From Actinobacteria bacterium UBA2272 (GTDB lineage Bacteria > Actinomycetota > Coriobacteriia > Anaerosomatales > Anaerosomataceae), in assembly GCA_002347725.1 (NCBI GenBank), contig DDXA01000003.1:332177-396176 (forward strand): 64,000 nucleotides of DNA, given 5' to 3'. Under the pieces are notes generated by a model that saw nothing but the letters and a program-made list of their open reading frames with translations, was not told the DNA's origin and did not search any database. Each line of letters begins with the position of its first letter. The stretch's first letter is position 1. Both the position numbers and the translations under genes were made by a program. Below, piece after piece: positions 10,274 through 19,915 of the stretch.

Positions 10274-10323
10274 CCGCGTGCTCCTCCGTAGGGTGTAGTC
10301 CCTGTCATACTTCAGGAGGCTGG

Positions 10324-11667
10324 ATGTTCGAGAACCTCAGCGACCGTCTGCACGCGGTCTTCAGCAAGCTCACCGGTCGGGGCGCGCTTTCCGAGGCCGA
10401 CGTCGACGCAGCCATGCGCGAGGTGCGCATGGCCCTGCTCGAGGCCGACGTGAACTTCAAGACGGTCAAGGAGTTCGTCGCGCGCGTACGCGCACGCGCG
10501 GTGGGCGCGGACGTCATGAAGAGCCTCACACCCGGCCAGATGGTCGTCAAGATCGTGCTCGAGGAGTTGACGGCGCTGATGGGCGGCAGCGAGTCGCGCC
10601 TCGTGCTCTCCAGCCGCACGCCCGCGGTCATCATGCTCGTCGGCCTGCAGGGCTCCGGCAAGACGACAGCCGCAGCCAAACTCGCCAATCTCCTGCGCAA
10701 GCAGGGCAAGAGCCCGCTCCTCGTCGCGTGCGACGTGTACCGTCCCGCCGCCATCGACCAGCTCGAAGCGCTCGGCCGACAGCTTGAGATCCCGGTCTAC
10801 CGGGGAGAGGGCCTCGATGCGGTGGCCATCGCTCGTGAGGGCATCAAAGATGCCATCGCCCGGATGCGCGATGTCGTGATCGTCGACACCGCGGGCCGAC
10901 TGCATGTGGATGAGGACATGATGGCCGAAGCCGCGGCCATCCGGCAGGCGGTGAGACCCGATCAGGTCCTCATGGTGATCGATGCCATGACGGGCCAGGA
11001 CGCCGTGAACGCCGCCGCCGCGTTCGCCGAGCGGGTGGACTTCGACGGCGTCATCGTCACCAAACTCGACGGCGACGCCCGAGGCGGCGCCGCGCTGTCG
11101 GTGCGCGCCGTCACCGGCAAGCCGATCAAGTTCGCGGGGGTCGGCGAGAAGCTCGATGCGCTCGAACCGTTCCACCCGGAGCGGATGGCCAAGCGCATAC
11201 TCGGCATGGGCGACGTCGTCTCGCTCATCGAGAAAGCCCAGGATACGATCGATGCGGACGCCGCCTCGGACCTCGAGGCGCGGCTTGCCAGCGGCGTGTT
11301 CACCCTTGACGACTTTCTGTCGCAACTACAGCAGGTGAGGAAGATGGGCTCGCTCTCGGACATCATCTCGATGATCCCGGGCGCCAACCGGCTGCCGAAG
11401 GATGCCGAGATCGACGAAGGCGCGCTCGCGCGTACCGAGGCGATCATTCGCTCCATGACCCCCGCCGAGCGGGCCAAACCCTCACGGATCAACGGTTCGC
11501 GTCGCGAGCGGATCGCCAACGGCGCCGGCGTCCGCGTGTTCGATGTGAACCAGGTGCTCAAACAGTTCACCCAGGCGCAGAAGATGATGAAGCAACTCGG
11601 CGCCATCCCCGGTGGGGGGAAGAAGCGCAGGTTTCGCGGAATGCCCGGGGTGTCCGGTCCGTTCTAG
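10324..11667 (+). CDS. ffh: Signal recognition particle protein Ffh
   Basis: GLQGSGKTT, DTAGR, TKLDGDARGG and a Met-rich M domain. Confidence 0.96.
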   Translation: MFENLSDRLHAVFSKLTGRGALSEADVDAAMREVRMALLEADVNFKTVKEFVARVRARAVGADVMKSLTPGQMVVKIVLEELTALMGGSESRLVLSSRTPAVIMLVGLQGSGKTTAAAKLANLLRKQGKSPLLVACDVYRPAAIDQLEALGRQLEIPVYRGEGLDAVAIAREGIKDAIARMRDVVIVDTAGRLHVDEDMMAEAAAIRQAVRPDQVLMVIDAMTGQDAVNAAAAFAERVDFDGVIVTKLDGDARGGAALSVRAVTGKPIKFAGVGEKLDALEPFHPERMAKRILGMGDVVSLIEKAQDTIDADAASDLEARLASGVFTLDDFLSQLQQVRKMGSLSDIISMIPGANRLPKDAEIDEGALARTEAIIRSMTPAERAKPSRINGSRRERIANGAGVRVFDVNQVLKQFTQAQKMMKQLGAIPGGGKKRRFRGMPGVSGPF

Positions 11668-11706
11668 CCCGAATGGAGCCCGTGCGACCTGCGTTCTCAA
11701 CTCGCT

Positions 11707-11735
11707 TTGACCCCTTGGGACTCATCTCGTATCAT
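11707..11735 (+). promoter_or_regulatory. Candidate sigma-70 promoter for rpsP operon
   Basis: TTGACC (11707-11712), 17-nt spacer, TATCAT (11730-11735), in the 127-nt gap after ffh. Confidence 0.5.
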
Positions 11736-11794
11736 TAGTCGCTGCTCTTGCTCACGAGTGGCCCTATCGGGCCACCTACACGGAGGTGAAACAC

Positions 11795-12259
11795 TTGGCA
11801 GTCAAGATCCGCCTGGCGCGTGCAGGCGCGAAGAAGGCCCCGTTCTACCGCGTGGTCGCGGCAGACTCGCGCGCTCCACGTGACGGCAGGTTCATCGAGA
11901 TCCTCGGGCGCTACAATCCCCGTACCGACCCGTCGACGATCGAGCTCGATCTGGACAAGGTCGACGCGTGGATCGCGAAGGGCGCCCAGCCGACCGAGAC
12001 GGTTGGCAAACTGATCGCCATCGCCCGCAACCCCGAGGCCGCGCCGCCCGCAAAGGTGGCCCCGCTCTCGAAAAAGGCTGCCGCCAAGGCTGCCGAGGCA
12101 GAGAAGAAGGCAGCCGAAGCCGCCGCTGCTCCGGCCAAGGAGCCTGAGGCCGCACCGGTCGAGGAGCCTGAGGCCGAGGTCGTCGAGGACGCTGCCGCAC
12201 AGGAGCCTGCCGCCGACGAGGCCGCCGACGCCGGCGCAGCCGAAGAGACCGCCGAGTGA
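11795..12259 (+). CDS. rpsP: 30S ribosomal protein S16 with a long Ala/Glu/Pro-rich C-terminal tail
   Basis: [23 protein letters not shown] 11795 lies 8 nt after GGAGG and is preferred over ORF-track GTG 11786, which sits inside the SD. Confidence 0.92.
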   Translation: MAVKIRLARAGAKKAPFYRVVAADSRAPRDGRFIEILGRYNPRTDPSTIELDLDKVDAWIAKGAQPTETVGKLIAIARNPEAAPPAKVAPLSKKAAAKAAEAEKKAAEAAAAPAKEPEAAPVEEPEAEVVEDAAAQEPAADEAADAGAAEETAE

Positions 12260-12510
12260 CCATGTCACCCGCCGCTGACACCGAGGCGCTGGTACGCTAT
12301 CTCGTCACATCGCTCGTCGAGCATCCCGACGACGTGACCATCGCGCGACGAGACGGCGAGATGAGCACGGCATACGAAGTGACGGTGCACCCCGACGACA
12401 CCGGTAAGGTGATCGGCAGGGGAGGGCGCATCATCAAGGCGATTCGCGTGCTCGTTCGCGCCGCCGCATCGGTCGATGGCGCCGACGCGACGGTCGATGT
12501 GACCGGATAG
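12256..12510 (+). CDS. KH-domain RNA-binding protein (YlqC/UPF0109-like)
   Basis: GxxG loop [15 protein letters not shown]. Occupies the conserved slot between rpsP and rimM. Start is GTG 12256 or ATG 12262. Confidence 0.8.
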   Translation: MTMSPAADTEALVRYLVTSLVEHPDDVTIARRDGEMSTAYEVTVHPDDTGKVIGRGGRIIKAIRVLVRAAASVDGADATVDVTG

Positions 12511-12513
12511 ACC

Positions 12514-13038
12514 GTGGCTGCGCCGTACCGGCGAATCGGCCGCGTGCTCAAACCACACGGAACACACGGGGAGGTATCGGTCGCCATGAGCGCCGGCCTC
12601 CCTTTGTCATGCCTTCACGGCATCGATCTCTTTCTCGTGCCTCCCGGCCCGCGAGGCGCACGCGCCTTTCGCGCCACGAGTGTCCGCCCGGGACCGAAGA
12701 GTGCGATCGTCCGGTTCGATGAGGACGCGACTGCCGGGGCAGCAGGCGCCCTTGCCGGGCGCTGGCTGCTGGCGCACGAGGCCGATACTCCTACCGCGCT
12801 GACGTCGGGAGCAGACGAATTGATCGGCATGCAGGTCGTCGACACCACACGCGGCCCCGTCGGGACTGTCACCGACGTCATCGTCACCGGAGCCAATGAC
12901 GTCCTTGTGGTCGAGGGCCCGGTCTATGGCCAGGTACTGGTGCCGGTCATCGATGACGTCGTCGAGCTCATCGACGAAGGATCGGACACCATACGCGTCG
13001 CGCTGCTCGACGGTCTCATCGAGGGTGAAGATCGGTGA
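12514..13038 (+). CDS. rimM: 16S rRNA processing protein RimM
   Basis: N-terminal [14 protein letters not shown], correct size, and the conserved position upstream of trmD. GTG start. Confidence 0.87.
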   Translation: MAAPYRRIGRVLKPHGTHGEVSVAMSAGLPLSCLHGIDLFLVPPGPRGARAFRATSVRPGPKSAIVRFDEDATAGAAGALAGRWLLAHEADTPTALTSGADELIGMQVVDTTRGPVGTVTDVIVTGANDVLVVEGPVYGQVLVPVIDDVVELIDEGSDTIRVALLDGLIEGEDR

Positions 13039-13784
13039 GGATCGACGTCGTCACCGTCTTACCGCAGGTGTTCGCGCCGGTACTCGGCGCATCCATCCTC
13101 GGCAGGGCGATCGGATCGCGCGTCCTCGACGTCGCCGTGCACGATCTTCGAGACTGGACGGCCGATCGCCATCGAACGACCGACGACAGTCCGTTCGGCG
13201 GAGGCCCGGGGATGGTCATGAAGCCGGAGCCCGTTTTCAGTGCGGTAGCCGACATCTCGGCGATGCATCCGGCCCGTCCGACCACCGTGCTGGTCTGCCC
13301 TTCCGGTCGCCGTCTCGACCAGGACCTCGTCCGGTCGCTCGCCTCCGAACATCGACTGCTGTTCATCTGTGGCCGCTATGAGGGGTTCGACGAGCGTATA
13401 CGCACACTCGCGGATGTCGAGGTCTCCATCGGCGACTACGTGCTGACCGGAGGGGAGCTGCCCGCACTCGTGATCATCGATGCGGTCGCCCGGTTGCTCC
13501 CCGGAGCGCTCGGTGACGAGACCTCGGCCGAAGATGAGTCGTTCAACGGAGGTCTGCTGGAGTATCCTCAGTACACCCGCCCTGCCGAGTTTCAAGGGAT
13601 GGGCGTACCTCCGGTGCTGCTCAGCGGCGACCACGCGAAGATTGCCGCGTGGCGTCGTGACCAGGCAGTCCGACGTACCGCCGAGCGGCGGCCGGACCTT
13701 ATCGGGAAGGCGCTGCTCTCTCCGCAGGAGCGCGCACGCGCACGGGAAATCATCGACGAAGTGGAGACCACCGACCGTGACTGA
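13035..13784 (+). CDS. trmD: tRNA (guanine37-N1)-methyltransferase
   Basis: [23 protein letters not shown] and [19 protein letters not shown] overlap with rimM. Confidence 0.95.
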   Translation: MRIDVVTVLPQVFAPVLGASILGRAIGSRVLDVAVHDLRDWTADRHRTTDDSPFGGGPGMVMKPEPVFSAVADISAMHPARPTTVLVCPSGRRLDQDLVRSLASEHRLLFICGRYEGFDERIRTLADVEVSIGDYVLTGGELPALVIIDAVARLLPGALGDETSAEDESFNGGLLEYPQYTRPAEFQGMGVPPVLLSGDHAKIAAWRRDQAVRRTAERRPDLIGKALLSPQERARAREIIDEVETTDRD

Positions 13785-14394
13785 CGAACTCCAAACCCCA
13801 CTCGGGACCGATCCCGTCGCGTCTCCCGTGGAGGCGCCAACCCACGAACCGTCGACACACGCGTCAGATGAGCGGCCGTCGTTCATACGCTGGGTCGCCG
13901 AACTCGTCTTGATGGTGGCGCTCGCGTTCCTTCTCGCTACCGGCATCCGGACGTTCATCATCCAGCCCTACGTGATCCCGAGCGGTTCCATGATCCCGAC
14001 GATCGAACTGTGGGACCGCGTCATCGCCAACAAGTTCATCTATCGCTTCGCCGATGTCGAGCCTGGCGACATCGTGGTCCTCGACGACCCTACCGACAGT
14101 GTGCCTACGCTGATCAAACGTGTCGTGGCCGTCGGCGGACAGACGATCGACCTGGTGGATGGTACGGTCGTCATAGATGGCGCACCGCTTGATGAGCCGT
14201 ACACTCACGGCAAGCCGAGCCTCCCTCAGACCGTCACGTTCCCGTACGTGGTTCCGGAGGACTCCGTGTGGGTGATGGGGGACAACCGGACCGACAGTCA
14301 GGATTCGCGCTACTTCGGTGCGGTGCCCGTCGCCGATGTGCGCGGCAAAGCCTTCTTCCGCTTCTGGCCGATAGACCGGATCGGCAGCCTCTGA
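13777..14394 (+). CDS. lepB: Signal peptidase I (copy 2)
   Basis: ORF 13480 trimmed to GTG 13777, because the upstream part overlaps trmD out of frame. TM helix, then [18 protein letters not shown] and [14 protein letters not shown]. Confidence 0.83.
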   Translation: MTDELQTPLGTDPVASPVEAPTHEPSTHASDERPSFIRWVAELVLMVALAFLLATGIRTFIIQPYVIPSGSMIPTIELWDRVIANKFIYRFADVEPGDIVVLDDPTDSVPTLIKRVVAVGGQTIDLVDGTVVIDGAPLDEPYTHGKPSLPQTVTFPYVVPEDSVWVMGDNRTDSQDSRYFGAVPVADVRGKAFFRFWPIDRIGSL

Positions 14395-14445
14395 GCACTT
14401 TCGCGACCGCGACCTCACCTGCGCGGCAGCAAGTCGGCCCGGAGA

Positions 14446-14474
14446 TTGCCTGCCTCCCACCTCTCGTCTATACT
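14446..14474 (+). promoter_or_regulatory. Candidate sigma-70 promoter for rplS
   Basis: TTGCCT (14446-14451), 17-nt spacer, TATACT (14469-14474). Leaves a ~55-nt leader. Confidence 0.5.
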
Positions 14475-14533
14475 GTCCACTCGTGCCTGCGGGCGCCCAC
14501 GGGAAACACCCCATCACGGAACAGGAACGCGTA

Positions 14534-14875
14534 ATGGATAAGATTCGCGCAATCGAGCAGCAGCAGCTGCGTGAGGACCTGCCGGAGTTCGGCGTCGGCG
14601 ACACGGTCAAGGTCATGTACAAGGTGGTCGAGGGCAGCCGTGAACGTGTGCAGCCCTTCCAGGGCATCGTCATCCGTCGCCACGGCGCCGGTAACCGTGA
14701 GACGTTCACGGTCCGGAAAGTGTCGTTTGCAGTTGGCGTCGAGCGCACCTTCCCGGTGCACTCACCGAAGATCATGAGCCTCGAGGTCGTCAGCCGCGGC
14801 AAGGTCCGTCGTTCGAAGCTCTACTACCTCCGCGACAAGGTCGGCAAGGCCGCCCGCATCAAGGAGCGCCGCTAA
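14534..14875 (+). CDS. rplS: 50S ribosomal protein L19
   Basis: Trimmed to ATG 14534 (MDKIRAIEQ). Contains FGVGDTVKV and [14 protein letters not shown]. Confidence 0.95.
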   Translation: MDKIRAIEQQQLREDLPEFGVGDTVKVMYKVVEGSRERVQPFQGIVIRRHGAGNRETFTVRKVSFAVGVERTFPVHSPKIMSLEVVSRGKVRRSKLYYLRDKVGKAARIKERR

Positions 14876-14911
14876 CCGCACGGCACGACTCACCATAACG
14901 ACGCATCTCAC

Positions 14912-14939
14912 AACGACCCGGGCCACGGCCCGGGTCGTT
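14912..14939 (+). terminator. Intrinsic-terminator-like hairpin after rplS
   Basis: AACGACCCGGGC / GCCCGGGTCGTT forms a 12-bp perfect stem with a 4-nt loop, 37 nt after the rplS stop. No U-tract, as is common in high-GC genomes. Confidence 0.65.
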
Positions 14940-14968
14940 CACGTTGTCCATGCGCTAGACTGCTCGGC

Positions 14969-15745
14969 ATGGAACCACTCGCCGTCTCCGCGATCATCGA
15001 ACTGCTGACCGATGCCGACCTCCGCGCCGTCTCGGAGGCGGTCGATCGCTTTGCGGGCGATCGGCGTCCAGGCGTCATCCGCGCGCTCGGGGTCGCCCGT
15101 CGGCGCCTGGACCGCCAGGACGCCGAGTCGCGCCGACTCGAGGCGCTCGCCACGGTTGAACGAGAACTCATGCGCCGCGGACTGACGGTCATCGCCGGAG
15201 TCGATGAAGTGGGCAGGGGGGCGCTCGCCGGGCCCGTCTCGGCCGGAGCCTGCGTACTGCCTGCCGATGCGACGATCTCCGGCCTGCGCGACTCCAAGGC
15301 GCTCTCAGCCGAAGCGCGGGTGACACTCGACGCGGAGATCAGGCGTGTCGCTGTAGCGGTCGCTGTGGCCCATGTGCCGGCCGCACGAGTCGACCTGATC
15401 GGGATCGCCCCCGCCACCCTCTGCGCCATGCATGAGGCCGTGGCGGCTCTTGGCATCCGCGTCGATCACGTGCTCGTTGACGGTCTCGATGTCGCACTCG
15501 CATATCCCCACACCGCCGTGGTCAAGGGCGACGACACCGTGCGCTCGATCGCGGCGGCCGCCATCGTGGCCAAGGTCTCCCGCGACGCACTGATGTGCGA
15601 TCTGGACTCGGCGCACCCCGGGTACGGATTCTCGGGAAACAAGGGGTACGGCAGCACGGGCCATCTCCAGGCGCTCGCCGAGCGCGGACCGTGCGCCGAA
15701 CACCGACTCTCCTTCGGACCCTGCAGCCAATCCCGGCTCTTCTGA
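14969..15745 (+). CDS. rnhB: Ribonuclease HII
   Basis: GVDEVGRGALAGPV catalytic motif and DSK. About 70 aa of N-terminal extension, as in Gram-positive RnhB. Confidence 0.92.
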   Translation: MEPLAVSAIIELLTDADLRAVSEAVDRFAGDRRPGVIRALGVARRRLDRQDAESRRLEALATVERELMRRGLTVIAGVDEVGRGALAGPVSAGACVLPADATISGLRDSKALSAEARVTLDAEIRRVAVAVAVAHVPAARVDLIGIAPATLCAMHEAVAALGIRVDHVLVDGLDVALAYPHTAVVKGDDTVRSIAAAAIVAKVSRDALMCDLDSAHPGYGFSGNKGYGSTGHLQALAERGPCAEHRLSFGPCSQSRLF

Positions 15746-15827
15746 CGGGTTAAGGCGCCACCCACATCCTGTAGCGATCTGGTTTCGACCTATGGCCCAT
15801 GCTGCGCTCGTCGAAAGGAGCGCAGCC

Positions 15828-16190
15828 ATGGATCGCAGTGAAGTCGGTAAGCGCGGGGAGGACGCGGCGGCGGCGTATCTCGAGCGCCAGGGGCTCGACG
15901 TCGTCGAACGGAACTGGAGAACGGAACGCGGGGAGATCGACATCATCGCCATCGACGGTGACGACGTGGTCTTCTGCGAGGTGAAGACGCGGACCTCCGC
16001 GTCGCGCGGAACGGGCGAGGAGGCAGTCTCGCAGTCGAAGCGCCGCAAGTTGGTGCGCTTGGCCGAGATCTACCTCAGCTCGGCGGGGATCGAGCCGTGT
16101 CCTGTGCGCTTCGATGTCATCGCCATCCACGTCCTCGGTCCCGATCGAGCGCTGCTCCGCCATCACCGCGCGGCGTTCGTGGTCGAGTAG
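15828..16190 (+). CDS. yraN: YraN-family (UPF0102) endonuclease-like protein
   Basis: Trimmed to ATG 15828 behind AAAGGAG. Contains GEIDIIA and VVFCEVKTR. Confidence 0.8.
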   Translation: MDRSEVGKRGEDAAAAYLERQGLDVVERNWRTERGEIDIIAIDGDDVVFCEVKTRTSASRGTGEEAVSQSKRRKLVRLAEIYLSSAGIEPCPVRFDVIAIHVLGPDRALLRHHRAAFVVE

Positions 16191-16192
16191 TC

Positions 16193-17653
16193 GTGCAGGC
16201 CACAGTCGCCACCACGACGCTCACGGGCGTTGAAGCTATCGCCGTTGAGGTGCAGGCTGACGTCTCCCCGGGTCTGCCGGTGTTCGGCATCGTCGGACTG
16301 GCGGACACAGCGGTCCAGGAGGCGCGCGATCGGGTGCGGGCAGCCCTGCGCTCGGTGGGCTTCGACTTCCCGAACGCCCGCGTCATAGTCAATCTCGCCC
16401 CGGCCCCGCTTCGCAAACACGGCACGGGGTTCGACCTGCCGATCGCGCTGGCGGTACTTGCCGCCACTGGCCAGGTTCCACGGGCCGCACTCGACGATGT
16501 CACTGCCGTCGGCGAGCTCGGCCTGGATGGTTCGGTGCGCGAGATCCCCGGCATGCTCGCACACGCGATCAGTGCCGCGCGCTCGGATCGTGACCTGCTC
16601 GGACCCATCTCCGCCGGGCGGATTGTCGGCGTGGTCCCACAGCTGAGGTACCGCGGGATCGAGTCCCTGGCCCGAATGAAGGGCGGGCTGCCGGCCACGG
16701 CCCCGCCAAAGACCTCCCGCGCTCAGACCCTGGCGATCCCGACTATCGACGTGGCCGACATCGCCGGGCACGAGTCTGCCAAGCGGGGCCTCGAGATCGC
16801 CGCGGCCGGGCGACACAACCTGCTGCTCGTCGGCCCACCCGGCTCGGGCAAGAGCATGCTTGCCCGTGCGCTCTGCGGGCTTCTGCCACCACTCACGGAG
16901 GCGGAGTCTCTGGAATCCGCGCTCGTCCACTCCGTGGCCGGCCTTGATCCCCGGCAGTGTCTCGATGGTATCAGGCCGTTCCGGGCGCCACACCACTCGT
17001 GCTCCGTCGCCGGCCTCGTGGGCGGCGGCACTCCGCCGCGCCCGGGAGAGATGAGCCTTGCCCACAACGGCGTCCTGTTCCTTGACGAGTTCCCCGAGTT
17101 CGGACCCGCATCGCTCCAGGCACTCCGCCAGCCGATCGAAGAAGGCGTCATCACGCTTGTCCGAGCACACGGCGCCGTCCGCTATCCCGCCCGTGTCACG
17201 CTCACGGCGGCGATGAACCCGTGCCCGTGCGGATACGCGGGCGATCCGCAGCGCGAGTGCAGGTGCACCGACGGCGCGGTCGCGCGCTATTCGGCACGAG
17301 TGGGCGGTCCGCTGTACGACCGCATGGACCTCACCCTGCGGATCGATCGGGTGGATCCGGCCCTGATCATCGACGATGCGCCGGTCACGCCGCTGAGCGC
17401 GACCGTTCGTAGCCGAATCACCACCGCGCACGCGTTCGCGGGCACCCGCCATCCGTGCAGCATGCGCTCCCAACTGCAAGCAGACGCACGCGCCCTGCTC
17501 GAGGACGCTGCCCGGCACGCCAACCTGTCCGGTAGGGCCGTCACGCGCGTCGTCCGCGTCGCGCGCACTATCGCCGACCTGGAGCAGTCCGTCCCTATCG
17601 TCGTGTCACACGTCGCCGAAGCGCTGGGCTACCGATCGTGGGATGCCACATGA
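16193..17653 (+). CDS. comM: Mg-chelatase-like AAA+ protein ComM/YifB
   Basis: GTG 16193; the upstream part of ORF 16097 overlaps yraN. Walker A GPPGSGKSML, FLDEFPEF Walker B and a ChlI-like domain. Confidence 0.9.
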   Translation: MQATVATTTLTGVEAIAVEVQADVSPGLPVFGIVGLADTAVQEARDRVRAALRSVGFDFPNARVIVNLAPAPLRKHGTGFDLPIALAVLAATGQVPRAALDDVTAVGELGLDGSVREIPGMLAHAISAARSDRDLLGPISAGRIVGVVPQLRYRGIESLARMKGGLPATAPPKTSRAQTLAIPTIDVADIAGHESAKRGLEIAAAGRHNLLLVGPPGSGKSMLARALCGLLPPLTEAESLESALVHSVAGLDPRQCLDGIRPFRAPHHSCSVAGLVGGGTPPRPGEMSLAHNGVLFLDEFPEFGPASLQALRQPIEEGVITLVRAHGAVRYPARVTLTAAMNPCPCGYAGDPQRECRCTDGAVARYSARVGGPLYDRMDLTLRIDRVDPALIIDDAPVTPLSATVRSRITTAHAFAGTRHPCSMRSQLQADARALLEDAARHANLSGRAVTRVVRVARTIADLEQSVPIVVSHVAEALGYRSWDAT

Positions 17654-18492
17654 GCGAGCATCGATTCACACTCCGTCTCGGAGACAAGCGGTACCCGGCA
17701 CAACTTGCCGAGACACCCGATCCTCCACGGATCCTCTACGGCATCGGCGATCCCTCGGCGCTTGTCGAGGGTCTGGGCGTCGTCGGGGCCCGCCGCGCAA
17801 CACCGTACGGCCTGCGATGCACGCGTCTGTTCGCCGGATGGGCGGCCGGACACGGGACATCGATCATCTCCGGTGCCGCGATCGGCTGTGACCGAGAGGC
17901 GCATCTCGCTGCCCTCGATGCGGGAGGAAACACTCTGGCCGTCCTCGGATGCGGGCCCGATGTGGACTACCCGAGACGCTCGGCACCCCTCCTGGCCGAG
18001 CTGCGTCGCTGCCATGTGGTCGTATCCGAGTGCCCGTTCGGGCAACAGCCCACTCGTTGGTCGTTTGTTCGGCGCAACAGGATCATCGCCGGACTTGCCC
18101 GGGCGGTCCTCGTCGTGGAGGCCGGGCTTCCCAGCGGTACGTTCTCCACCGCCGATGCCGCACTCGACGCCGGGCGCGACGTGCTGGCGGTCCCCGGATC
18201 CGTGCTCTCACCCGAGTCCCGTGGCTCCAACCGCCTCATTCGGCAAGGAGCGATACCCATCACCGATGTCGGTGAACTCGCACAGTACCTGGGGCTGGAG
18301 GGGGCGACGCCCGCAGCCGGTGACGTCGCTGCGGACGATACGCTCCGTGCGCTCGTGGCCGACCCGATGCGGCCTGACGATCTGGCCCGGGCGCTCGGCA
18401 TTGACATCGTCCACACGGCCCGGACTCTCGGCGCCCTGGAGGCGGCCGGGCACGTGGTCCGGTACGCCGATGGACGATACGGCATACGGTAG
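17650..18492 (+). CDS. dprA: DNA processing protein DprA
   Basis: ATGA overlap with comM. SGAAIGCDREAHLAALDAGGNTLAVLGCGPDVDYP and RNRIIAGL. Confidence 0.88.
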   Translation: MSEHRFTLRLGDKRYPAQLAETPDPPRILYGIGDPSALVEGLGVVGARRATPYGLRCTRLFAGWAAGHGTSIISGAAIGCDREAHLAALDAGGNTLAVLGCGPDVDYPRRSAPLLAELRRCHVVVSECPFGQQPTRWSFVRRNRIIAGLARAVLVVEAGLPSGTFSTADAALDAGRDVLAVPGSVLSPESRGSNRLIRQGAIPITDVGELAQYLGLEGATPAAGDVAADDTLRALVADPMRPDDLARALGIDIVHTARTLGALEAAGHVVRYADGRYGIR

Positions 18493-18550
18493 AAGGGAGC
18501 GTGGGACTCTGTGCCGTACAATGACCTGACACATCGAAACGGGAGACCGG

Positions 18551-19915
18551 ATGCAGCATGTCACCATCGTTGGAGCGGGGCTCGCCGGGTGCGAGGCGGC
18601 ACTTCAGCTTGCGGCACGGGGCGTGCCGGTCCGCCTCTTCGAGATGCGCCCCGGCACCATGCCGCCGGCTCATCACACTGGGGACTTCGGCGAGCTGGTG
18701 TGTTCGAACTCCCTGAAAGGGACGGATCCTGCCTCGGCCGCTGGCCTCCTCAAGCACGAGCTCAGCGAACTGGGATCGTTCGTCTTGGGTGCAGCGTACC
18801 GCTGTCGAGTACCCGCGGGCTCCGCTCTGGCGGTGGATCGCACAGCGTTCTCGCAGACGCTCACCCGGATGGCCCACTCTCACCCGGCGATCACGGTGAT
18901 CCGCCAGGAGACCACGGACATCCCGGACGGCGACGTCATCGTGGCGGCAGGCCCCCTCCCGGGCGCTGCTCTGGAAAGCGCGCTGACGGCCCTCGTAGGC
19001 TTCGGGAGACTCGCGTTCTTCGATGCAGCCGCACCGATCATCTCCACAGAGTCCCTGGACCGCAAGCGGACCTTCTCGGCCTCACGTTGGGGCAAGGGAG
19101 GCGCCGACTACCTCAACTGCCCACTGACGCGTGATGAGTACGCGGCACTCATCAGCGCGCTTGTCAGCGCAGAGAGGGTGCATGCCAAGTCGTTCGAGAA
19201 GCGCGAGTTGTTCAGCGCATGTCAGCCAGTCGAGGAGGTGGCCCGCACAGGGCTCGACGCACTCAGGTTCGGCGCGCTCAAGCCGGTCGGACTGACCGAC
19301 CCTCAGACAGGACGACGGCCGTGGGCGGTCGTGCAGTTGCGTCCCGAGACCGCCACGGGGTCTGCATACAACCTGGTGGGCTTTCAGACGAACCTCACGT
19401 TCGCAGAGCAGCGGCGCGTCTTCAGCCTGATACCTGCACTGGAGCACGCAGAGTTCCTGCGCTACGGCGTCATGCACCGCAACTCGTTCGTGGACGCTCC
19501 ACGCCTGCTGACGCCCGGTCTGGCGGTGCGCTCCGAGCCTCGTGTGCGCATAGCTGGACAGCTCTCCGGCACGGAGGGCTACCTTGAGGCCGCAGCCTCG
19601 GGAATCGTCGCGGCACTGGATGTGCTCGCCTCGAGAAGCGACAGCCCATCGGTGGTCGTGCCCCCCACGACGGCCATCGGCTCGCTGCTCGCGTACGCAA
19701 CCGACCCCGAGACTGTCGACTACCAGCCGATGCACGTGAACTTCGGGCTGATGCTCCCGCTCGATCCTCCGGTCCGCGGCAAGCGAGAGAGATACGCGGC
19801 GTACGCCGAGCGCGCCCACAAGGACATGGCCGCGTACCTCCACGACCGCCCGGACCTCGCGCCTCCGCACGGCCGGGTCCCGTTGCCACCCGCAGAGGAA
19901 GACGGGGGGGAGTGA
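18551..19915 (+). CDS. trmFO: Methylenetetrahydrofolate-tRNA-(uracil54-C5)-methyltransferase TrmFO (Gid)
   Basis: FAD fold VTIVGAGLAGCEAALQLA. Has the length and layout of TrmFO and sits between dprA and xerC, as in Bacillus. Confidence 0.9.
   Translation: MQHVTIVGAGLAGCEAALQLAARGVPVRLFEMRPGTMPPAHHTGDFGELVCSNSLKGTDPASAAGLLKHELSELGSFVLGAAYRCRVPAGSALAVDRTAFSQTLTRMAHSHPAITVIRQETTDIPDGDVIVAAGPLPGAALESALTALVGFGRLAFFDAAAPIISTESLDRKRTFSASRWGKGGADYLNCPLTRDEYAALISALVSAERVHAKSFEKRELFSACQPVEEVARTGLDALRFGALKPVGLTDPQTGRRPWAVVQLRPETATGSAYNLVGFQTNLTFAEQRRVFSLIPALEHAEFLRYGVMHRNSFVDAPRLLTPGLAVRSEPRVRIAGQLSGTEGYLEAAASGIVAALDVLASRSDSPSVVVPPTTAIGSLLAYATDPETVDYQPMHVNFGLMLPLDPPVRGKRERYAAYAERAHKDMAAYLHDRPDLAPPHGRVPLPPAEEDGGE

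Noticed and set aside
16193-18492. comM-dprA (plus cinA at 62818) as a dedicated competence system.
   Set aside because: These genes are widespread housekeeping and recombination-mediator genes, found in non-competent bacteria in exactly these syntenic positions. No pilus or ComE/ComF genes are in the window.
17705-18529. 274-aa + strand ORF in an alternative frame of dprA. Similar alternative-frame ORFs lie at 39910-40824 in ribF, 57522-58292 in ftsK and 31585-32232 in proS.
   Set aside because: Their Pro/Arg/Ser-rich composition is typical of off-frame translation of GC-rich genes. The primary frames carry the conserved motifs.
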